NCBI GenBank assembly: GCA_016618085.1
Contig: JABLTG010000001.1
Coordinates: 310,001-374,000 of the forward strand
Length of the DNA: 64,000 bases
From: Neovahlkampfia damariscottae
Lineage: Eukaryota
Direction of reading: 5' to 3'
Each line of letters starts with the position of its first letter. Position 1 is the first letter of the stretch. Positions 51,387 to 61,347 of the stretch are shown here, in pieces. A program made the position numbers and the translations under genes. Under the pieces are notes generated by a model that saw nothing but the letters and a program-made list of their open reading frames with translations, ran no database searches and was not told the origin of the DNA.

Positions 51387-52399
51387 TTAAAATTTATTTC
51401 CCATTATATCATCTAGTAGAATGATATCTTCCTTTTCCTTTTTAAATAACAATTTGAATAACAAAATAGACTTACATCAAAAATATTTTCGTACTTCAAA
51501 ATCATGATTGTTACAGTGGTATTAAACTTTTCAAGGTTCGCAATTTCTTTAGTTGATGGATTTTTTGAATAATGACACAGACCCATTGCCATTATTTTAC
51601 CCAAATTATCCGCCTATCCATTCAATTTGTTTAAAAAAGAGAAATAGTTACGTTCATTTTTTCATTATGGTCATGTGTCTTTTTAAGTAAATAAAATAAT
51701 AAAGTTAATATAGATTTTCTTGTTTTTGATAATTTTTTTAATTCTTTTTTTGCAATCAAAACGAATTGTTTTTCGTCTTTATAAGTAAGTTTCATAATAT
51801 TGTACAGACATCCTTTTGAGCAATAACCCATTATTGGATCAGTTAGTGAGTTTAATATATTTCTAATTAATGAAGTATACAAAATTGAATCATTTTCTTT
51901 TTCTAATTTATTATACAACTCATCAACTAGAAAAAGAGAAATTTAATTTTCGTTTTTTATTTTCTTTACAATTTGGATATTCAAAATAATTTGTTTTATA
52001 TTCATCTATTATTTTCTTTCCTCTTGATACACGAAATAATCCTTTTAAAATTAAACTTCTTATTTTCTTATCCAAACCTTCTTCTTCAAAATATTTTTCA
52101 TTTTTATTCATTAAAACAAAACAATGTTTCAATATAACTGGAATTATTTCATTCTTATGATCATTCCTTTTCATTGTTTTTTCAATTGTAAAATTATTTT
52201 CATCAAATTTTTCAATTTTTGGGATAGTATTAATAAAACTAAAACTTCGAGTTTTTGGTCTTGAAATATCGCTATGATACTTTGGTAGTGTTTCTTTTGG
52301 GACAAAGAAACCTATATTTTAGTTATGATAATTAAACTAACCAAAGAAGGATTGACGTCTCTTCATCTCTTTTAGAATTGGCTTATTTTCACCGTTCAT
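51387..52399 (-). CDS. RhoGAP-domain protein
   Basis: 6 exons; IPVILKHC...EEGLFRVS (arginine finger)...SLTDPI...KMNADNLGKIM...YENIF. Confidence 0.8.
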
Positions 52400-52476
52400 C
52401 TTTTGACCAATAAAATTCATTTGATGTGAGCTAAATACCCATAACCAAAAGACAATAAACAAAATGAAAATTTGAT

Positions 52477-53694
52477 TTATTTTTTTAATTCACTTGGATC
52501 TAAATCACAAGTTTTTCTTAAAGTTAAAGTTGGTGCTTTACTTTGAACAAAATTCAAACATTCTTCTACTTGATCTGGTAATATGATATTGGTAATGATG
52601 GTTTCAATTCTATCTTTATTTCCTTGAATTTTACTATTAAATGTACTTGTTATATATTCAAGTGCTTGTTCTGGATCTGTATCACCTTTATATTTTGGAA
52701 ATATATCTTTTAATTTATCTACTTTTTGTATTTTTTTAGTTAACAAATCTTTTTTGTTATAAACTAAAAGAATTGGTGTTTTGCTAAACCATTCACCATT
52801 AATTGTCTTTTCAAATGTCTCAAGTGATTCTAACATTCTATTGGATCCTTCTCCTTGTTCATAAATAGTTTCATCATAATCACTTAATGATATAATATAA
52901 ATCAAAAGATCAACATTTTTAAAAACTTTTTGCCATTTTTTTCTTTCATTTTTTTGACCACCAACATCCTATAAAAGTTAAAAAAAAAATATTTCAAACA
53001 AAATAATGAAATAATACTCCTGAATGAGTAAATTGAATACTTGTAATTCCTGTTGTCTTTTTTCGACATGAAAAAATATCTTCTTCTGTTGGTAAAAAAT
53101 CTTTATCAATTTTTGGCATAGTTTTCTCCAATAAACTATTTTCGTTAATTTTTTTTCAAAACTTACTAATCACTTCCATCAAAACGTGTTAAAAGAGGCT
53201 CTGTTCTAAAGACTTCCCACATTATAGGTTCATTCCAAATTTGAGCAAATATTTTATAATCTTTAGTGTCCTTCAAAACTTTAGCGTGATTTTTTTTTGA
53301 TTGTTCAAGATCTACACCTTCTTTTACAAAAGAGAATGTATTAAGTTCAAGTGATTTTAAGTGATTTATTTGATCAATAATTTTTTCGTCTTCGAATTTA
53401 TCCGAAAATTTATCAATTGCTATTTGACCAACTTCGCAAGTGAGGTCATTTAAATTACTTAAAACAGCTGAAACGTAAGACTCTGTAATTTTAAACATCT
53501 CCTCTTCTTGAGAATTATTTAATTTGTTGACTTGAAAATATAAAGTCGACTTTCCAGAAAAACCTTTTTTTTACAAAATAAAGAAATAGATTACCTGTGC
53601 CAAGTGTCAAAATTTTACAATAATTTGTGTCCATTTTTTGTCTATTCGGTTTACTTTCGCTACTTTCGCCAACGCTGTCGAATTTTTGGCCCAT
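52477..53694 (-). CDS. Atypical heterotrimeric G-protein alpha subunit (paralogue 1)
   Basis: 4 exons; MG N-terminus, LGTGFSGKST, CRKKTTGI, DVGGQKNERKKW, SLSDYDE...NRMLES and YNKKDL; G5 region reads TNIILP. Confidence 0.92.
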
Positions 53695-53812
53695 TCTTTC
53701 AAGTTTGTTTATTGATTTAATTGGTTAAAAATTCTCCATTGACCCACTTAAAAATCAGAAGAAAAAGAAGTAAAAATTTAATGAGAGATCAAATTTTTTA
53801 TTTTTATTTTTA

Positions 53813-55757
53813 TCAGCATGGTGGATTAAAACCCAGATAGGCACCATGTATGATGTCTAAAATAACTCTATAACTTCCCAATCCAACAAGCAAAACTGTA
53901 GAAATGCCTACAACAAAGGCCAACAAGAAAACAATCCAACCTGAAGAAAATTAATAAAATTTCAAATTACTTGGTCTTCCAAATTTCTTAACAACCCAAC
54001 TCACCACAACTTGACCAAAAATTGATGCTATTAATCCAACAAAACCAAAGAACAAACCATAATCCCAAGGAAGTAATCCAAATATAAAATATTGAAGAGT
54101 TGTTGAAGATGATGTAAATAACTGAATAATATGTTAAATGAAGAATTGAAATTACAATCATATCTAAAAATGTTAAAATAAATGTTAAAAAATAATTACA
54201 TGCAGATGAAGAAGTTGATATTTGTGAGAGTACACCTAATTCAAGTAAAACAGGACCTGTTACTAAACCACCACCAACACCTTCAAGATAAAATTATAGA
54301 TGAAATAAATTACCAAGTAAACCTGTATGTTAAAATATGAATTTATTACCTGCAACAATTCCTGCAAATAGACAAACTGTTGGAATTAAAAATGTATTTT
54401 TTAGTGAATATTTAACATCTCCTTCAGTGAATTCATAACCTAATTTCTTTTTTTTCACATAAAACAATCGTAAGTAAACTGCAACACATAAACTGATTAA
54501 CACCAAAACAGGAAATACACTAAATACGACTATCCAATAGATCCATCCACATTTTTCGATTCCAAGAATACTTGGGACTCCATGACCACCTTTCATCAAT
54601 GAGACTACCAAAATGATCAACCAACTGATGAACAATGGAATTGCTTTGTAGAATGGGAATCTAAATGCTTCAAATTTTAAAATTCGATCTAAGCTCTTCT
54701 GACTTTCAACAGAAGGTGGTGAAAAAAATTCATCATTTTCAAAAAAAACATGACTTTGAGATTTTCTCACAGGTATATCATCAATACTAGATCTATTTTC
54801 TTCATTTTTTGATTCTTCCATTTTCTCTTCTTGTGATTCTTCTGTTGGTAATTCATTCACTTCTTCATTTTCAACAACATTAATTTCATCATTTTCTTTC
54901 ATTTCAACTTCAACAACTTGTTTTTCTGCATCAATGGTTGCATACTCATCAATTTCTTCTTCTAACTCTTTTTTTTCTTCTTCTTCAATTTTTTCTTTTT
55001 GTTTTGTTTCATTTTTATATTGAGTGAGACCTTTTCTCAAAGTTCTATAAGTTGTTATACCTAATAGTAACAATAAAAGTATTACAACCAACCAATATGG
55101 AAACATAATCTACAAACAATAATAAAAAACTAAAAAAACATCATACATTCAAAAAAACACCTATAATAGTACCAGCTAATACAATAGGTTCAATAAGCAT
55201 ACAAATATCATAATCTATTAAAGGTCTATTAACTTCTGGATATTTTGGATGTCTTCTTAAAGAAAAAAAAATAAAATTTGTGATTGCACCTCCAAATATG
55301 ATTGCTTTTGATAAAGCAATTGATAATTGATGATCAAATCCACCAATGAGTATCAAAATAGGAACAAAAATACCTCCTCCACCGACACCAGCTTGTGCAG
55401 CAAGCATTGAACCGATAAAACAAAACTAAATAAAATTTAAATGACTCTTAATGTTACAAATGTTGCTAGAATATCATAAATGCTGATATTTGGAAATAAG
55501 TTTTTGTGCGCACAAAAATTAGTTATATTTGTATTTCCATCCATTTTACAAATATATAATGGATAATCAGAACATTGGGCTTTTCCAATTTCACAATGAC
55601 TTAAAATATTTCAGACTTTAATCAAAACTAACCTACAAATACCGTTCAAACAAACAAACTGCTGACCACATTGATATTTCTGATTTTTTATTGTACAATT
55701 TGATCCAATTTGTGCATAAACAGAAAGAACCAAAAGTAAAAATAAAAACACTTTCAT
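53813..55757 (-). CDS. TauE/SafE (TSUP) family transporter with signal peptide and Cys-rich N-terminal domain
   Basis: 9 exons; AQAGVGGGGIFVPIL, ALSKAIIFGG, RPLIDYD...EP, AGIVAGLLGVGGGLVTGPVLLELG, SAYMILFTSSSTTLQY. Confidence 0.92.
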
Positions 55758-55842
55758 TTTTTTATTTCGGAGTTTGTTTCAAATTCTCACTTGATTGGTT
55801 CGAAAAAAAATAAAATAAATTTAATTTTCTAAAAAACAGTTT

Positions 55843-57234
55843 TTATTTTTTTTTATTTGAAATATCTTTAATATTTCCTGTTTCAACTAAATTTTTTGCT
55901 TCAGTAATCAAAGATTCAAATGCTTCTTTAGCACTGTCAGGAATGAGAACAGAAGTTGTGAATTGATGAATATTGTCAGGATTTCCTTTATACAAATCGA
56001 AGAACATAGTTTGAATGAATTCTTCTGCAGCTTTTGGATTCTTTCCACCTTTAAATTATTAAAAAAATTTTTTCATTTTTCTTTACCTTTATATTCAGGA
56101 AATACATCTTTTAATGTATCATTTTCTTGAATTTTTTTTTCTAGAAGATCTTTTTTGTTGAATATTAAAATGATAGGTGAGTTTTTAAACCAATCTAAAT
56201 TGACAGTTGCTTCAAAAACTTCAACAGCCTCTTTCATTTTATTTGTATCTCTATTTTCATATAAAACTTCATCATAATCAGATAATGATACAATATAAAT
56301 TAAAATGTCAACTGAACTTAATACTAATATCATTTTTTAAATATATTTTTAATTTTTACCTTTTTGCCATTTTTTTCTTTCATTTCTTTGTCCACCAACA
56401 TCCTTTAAATCTAATTTTATTCCATCCACTTGAAATTGTTCTGTTGCAACACCAACTGTTTTTCTACGACAATGAAGAATATCTTCTCTTGATGGTTCAT
56501 ATGGTTTTGAAGCAACACGTTTTAAATTATCAATTTCAAGAAAACTAAAAAAAAGGTAATATTAAAACAAACAATTCTTTCTCTTTCTTACTGTTCAATT
56601 CCATCAAAATAATCAAATCCTTCTTTCTGTTTAAAATATTCTCTCATTGTTTCATCTTCCCATATTTTGACAAAACACTGACGTATTTCACAAGGTGGAT
56701 CTGTATAAGGATTATCCTTCTTTTTTGGATTCTCTTCCATGAAATTAATGTATTTTTCAACGTTTAAAGGATCATCACCTTTTTGAAGAAAATTAAAATA
56801 ACTTAGTACAACACAAACCTGATAATTCACGTAATTCATCAATTTTTTTCAAGTTGGAAACTGTTTCAGAGTCTTTAAATGAATTTTCTCCTTTTTGTTC
56901 AATTATGTATTTACCTAACTCTGAAGTTGTCAAAAGGATGTTATGATAAATTCCGGAAACATATTGTGGTTTGAGTTTTTTTTCTCCTTGCACACCATTA
57001 ATTAAACAATTCACTTGAAAGTAAAGTGTTGATTTCCCTGAAAATCCTATAAAGATGAGTTTTTTTTTTATTTTTTTCTTTTTACCTGTTCCTGCAAGTA
57101 AACATTTGACAGGTGGAGAATTTTTAAAATTTGTCTTTTTTCGTTTTGGATTCTCACTTTCCTTCACCAGATCACCACTGGTGAATATTTAAATGTATCT
57201 TTTTTTCTTACCTGCTATCGAATTTATTACCCAT
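55843..57234 (-). CDS. Atypical heterotrimeric G-protein alpha subunit (paralogue 2)
   Basis: 7 exons; MGNKFDS, AGTGFSGKSTLYFQ, CRRKTVGV, DVGGQRNERKKW, SLSDYDEVLYE and FNKKDL; G5 region reads TSVLIP. Confidence 0.92.
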
Positions 57235-57343
57235 GGAGTTGTATGGTCGTCCACGCGGTTGGAGAAGAAATTGACGTTGATGGATTTGACCAATCAAATG
57301 AATTTATATAATTAGAACTAATTTTCAGAAATGAGTAGAAAAA

Positions 57344-59149
57344 TTAAATTTTTGATTTATTTGTACTTGTTATAGCATTTTTCCAATTTATTGTTTGAGA
57401 ATCAATTTCGTCTTCAGTCATTTTACATTCAAAAGTTAAAACATCACCAGCTTGTTTTGGAACTTGAGTATAATCCTTCCAAAATCTAAAAAGAAAAAAA
57501 ATGAAAAATATTTTTAAATTTTACCCAACTCCAAGTGCTGATCCAATAGCAGCTCCTCTTGCAGTCATTTCAACATTCTTTGGTCTTTCAACTCTAATGT
57601 TTGATAAATTAGATTGTATTTGAAGTAAATTTTTTGAATTTGTGACCCCACCATCAACTTTTAATACTTTTGGTTCGACTTTATGATCTGTGTCTTCTAC
57701 CATAATTTCTAAAACTTCTTTAATTCTAAAACAAATCCCTTCAAACATGGCTCTTGCAATATGACTTTTATTTGAATAAAAAGTTAATCCAAAGATTGCT
57801 CTAATAAAATTATGTTAACATTTTTAAAATATATACGCTCTACAAAAAATATGTAAGTTTTGAATAATCAAACTTTGCATTTGGATTCCAGTATGGAGCA
57901 AATAAACCAGAGAAAGATGGAACGATAATGACACCCTCTGAAGTTGATACTTTTGAAACAGCAGCATCTAAATCTTGAACTGATTCAAATAATCCTAAAT
58001 CTTGAACTAACCAATTGATTCCTGAACCACAAACAGAAACAGATCCTTCCAAAGCATAAACTGCATCTTCTTTACCAAATTTATAAGCAACAGTTGATAA
58101 TAATCCAGATTTTGAATAAACTACACTTTTCCCAACATTCATTAGCATAAAACAACCAGTTCCATAACTGAAATGAATAAATTTATCACTTACGTATTTT
58201 TTGCTTCACCAACTTCAAAACATTGATGACCAACTAAAGCAGCTTGTTGATCTCCTAAACACTATTTTAAATTCAATACCTAACCAATATTGACTTACAC
58301 AACTAATTGGTACATCAACACATTCACCTACAACACATTTTCCATAAATTTCAGAACTACTTTTAATTTCTGGAAATATAACCTCTGTTGGTATTTCAAA
58401 AACTCTAAAAGAATTAAAAAAAAAAAAAAATGAAAACAAACTTTTTCATTTCATTGTCCCATTGTAACGTTTTGATATCCATAAACATAGTTCTTGAAGC
58501 ATTTGTAACATCTGTTATATGTTTTCCTGAATCTTTACCTCCTGTTAATTTCCAAATTAACCAACTATCAAATGTACCAAACATACATGTTCCTTTTTTT
58601 ATTGAATTTTGAACTTGTTTTGACTTTTAATTTAAAAATTGAAAAAAAAATAATGTTACATTTTCTATTAACCATTTCAATTTTGATGCACTAAAATAAG
58701 TTGACAAAGGTAAACCGACTTTTTTTTGAAAAGCAAATTTATCGTTATTATTTTTTCTAATCAATTCTTCAACAATATTTGATGTTCTAGTATCATGCCA
58801 AACAATAGCATTATATAATGGTTTTTCTGTTTCTTTATCCCAAACTAAAGTTGTTTCTCTTTGGTTTGTTATTCCAATACTAATAACTTTTGAATTTTGA
58901 ATCTCTTTTTTTGCTTTTATAACAGAAGAATTTATACATTCAAGTGTTTTTTCAAATACTTCAATTGGATTTTGGTCAGTCCAACCTGTTTGAATAAATA
59001 TAAAAAAAAAACACTTTACCTGGATTTTGATGGAACTGTGTATATTCTTGTTGAGAAGATGATACAACATTTAAATGTTCATCAAAAACTAAAACTCTTG
59101 TACTTGTAGTTCCTAAATCAATTGAAACAATTAAAGGTGTTGGTGACAT
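57344..59149 (-). CDS. GK: Glycerol kinase (alternative in-frame starts at 59209 and 59374)
   Basis: 9 exons; [90 protein letters not shown] and EMTARGAA; ends ...NKSKI*. Confidence 0.96.
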
Positions 59150-59412
59150 ATTATTTAAAAAATCAGAATTTAATTGGTTGACTGTTTTATCTGATCTTGA
59201 TGAAGACATAATATTAGTATTTACAAATTTAAAAATCTCTTCACTTTTAAAAATTATTCTTTTCAACCATTTTGTTGTTTGAGTTTGAAATAATTTCTTC
59301 AATTCAAAATTCAAAGAAAATGAATTGAATTGTATCATTAATTTATGATTCTTTATCATTTGTTTCTTCAACATTTTATCTGAAGAACAACTTAAAGAAC
59401 CAATCAAAAAAT

Positions 59413-60374
59413 TTATTTAAAAAAACTTGAATTTAATAATAGAACAATCATTAAGACAATTAAAATTAATAAAATAATAAATATAATAAATAAGGCTATT
59501 AATCTATACCAATTTCTTCCAATTTCTTTTTGTGCTCCATCAATTTCTTTATTAACTTTATTTATTTTTATAGTTTGTTCATCCAATGGAATTTCAATCT
59601 TTTTTTCAATTTTTTCATTTTGATATTCTAATTGATCTTTTATTTTCATATTTTTATCTCCCAATTCTTCTAATTGATTTTTAAATTTGTTCATTTCTTC
59701 TTGCCATTTTTTTTGATATTCTTCAAGTCTTAATTTTGAATCAGAAATATCAATTTTTGGTAATTCTACATTTTCATATTTTTCAAATGTCTTTGAATTC
59801 TCTTTAAATTTTACAAAAGTTGAATTTCTATTTGTTGTGTTTGAATCAAAGTAGGTAGAAGTTGTTACTTCATTTTTTTTTGATATTAGTGTTTTAATTT
59901 GATTTAAATGTAATTCTATAATTTCTAAATCCTCTTGTTGACTTTTTATTCTTTCTTCATTTCTACTCCATTTGAACATTCTTATTGAAGATTCTGCTTT
60001 ATTTAATTTTTTTAATTTTTGAAAATCTTTTTCAATGAATTCAATCATTTGATTTAAATCTCTTGATGATTTTAATATTTCTTGTTGAGAAGATCCTAAT
60101 TTCCTTTTTTCTTTATATTCATTCAATCTCTTTTTTTTTTTAATTTTTATTTATTTTTTTTACTTCTTTAAAGGTTTCTATTTTTTTGGAAATTATATAT
60201 TTTGTATAATCAAACGCATCTGCTCCAATATTTAAATCATCTTCTTTTTCTCTTTTATACTTTTTAGTGTTTTCGTTTTTCGTCTTACTTTATACTTGCA
60301 CCTCCAGTTTCTAAATATTGATTTTCAAGTCTTTGAAGCAAGTTATTGATGAGTATTTTTTTCTTTCTTGACAT
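59413..60374 (-). CDS. Qc-SNARE, Syp7/SYP71-like
   Basis: 3 exons; N-terminal LLQRLENQY...DAF helical domain, SNARE heptad (LGDKNMKIKDQLEYQNEKI) and C-terminal TM anchor. Confidence 0.7.
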
Positions 60375-60459
60375 CAAATTTTATTTCTTCCTAATTATTT
60401 TTCTTTATTTATTCATCTTTTAAATTGAAGTTCATTGATTGGTTTGATTGATCCCACCA

Positions 60460-61269
60460 ATGAAAAGAAAATTTTTCAATGAAGAGGTTGGAGAAAAAAT
60501 AAAAAAATATAAACTGTTGAAAGAATTGACAGATGATATTTTATACTTTATATTTCAATTTATCAATGATTTTGAATTAAATATTATTCGTTTTACAAAC
60601 AAGAGATTTTTAAAAATATCAAATTATCCAAACATTTGGAAAACTATTGATATGGGAAAAATATGCTTATATAAAAATGTATTAACTAAAAATTTGGAAG
60701 AAAAAAGAATAATTTCATTTTTTAATTCAATAAATACTGAATCCATTCAAAAGATTTCATTAAAAAATTGTAGAAAAATGAATATTGATAGTTTAGTTAA
60801 AGTACTTGAAAATTGTACAAATGTTAAATCTATCTCTTTGATTTTATGCAAAATTTCAATTTTAGAGTTATTGAAATTTTTTGAAGTCGAAAATTTTTTG
60901 AATAAATTACAACGAATAGAATTGGGAATAATTTTAATTGATCCTTCAGATGAAATATCACGATTAGAAGAATTATTGGAGAAAAAAAATATTGAACTTG
61001 ATTGTGCTCTTTGTAGGAATTGTAGAGATAGAATATTACTGAAATCATTATGTTGTGGTATTTGTAAAAAAATTAATTGTTTGAATTGTAATTTTACATT
61101 CTTTTGCTCGTTTTGTACTGTTTGGATTTGTAATGATTGTGCTGTCAATTGGGAGAATTGTGATATCTGTGGTAGAATTAGTTGTGGAAGATGTAATTGT
61201 GTTAAATATTGCTCAATTTGTCAAAAAAATGCATGTTCATCACATTGTGATTGTATGTTTATTGAATGA
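60460..61269 (+). CDS. F-box / LRR protein with Cys-rich (CxxC) C-terminus
   Basis: LTDDILYFIFQFINDFELNIIRFTNKRF...WKTID F-box; ISLKNCRKM / ISLILCKI LRR-like; about 10 CxxC pairs. Confidence 0.82.
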   Translation: MKRKFFNEEVGEKIKKYKLLKELTDDILYFIFQFINDFELNIIRFTNKRFLKISNYPNIWKTIDMGKICLYKNVLTKNLEEKRIISFFNSINTESIQKISLKNCRKMNIDSLVKVLENCTNVKSISLILCKISILELLKFFEVENFLNKLQRIELGIILIDPSDEISRLEELLEKKNIELDCALCRNCRDRILLKSLCCGICKKINCLNCNFTFFCSFCTVWICNDCAVNWENCDICGRISCGRCNCVKYCSICQKNACSSHCDCMFIE

Positions 61270-61347
61270 ACAAAAAAAAGAAAAATTTGAAAATGATAGT
61301 TTGATTGGTTGATTTATCCCGCTTTTTCTAACGAACCACAGCAAGTG

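Noticed and set aside
58262..58298. Internal AG|GT in a 37-nt glycerol kinase intron as a second recursive site
   Set aside because: The halves would be 19 and 18 nt, below the apparent minimum of about 26 nt, and the whole intron is already normal length.
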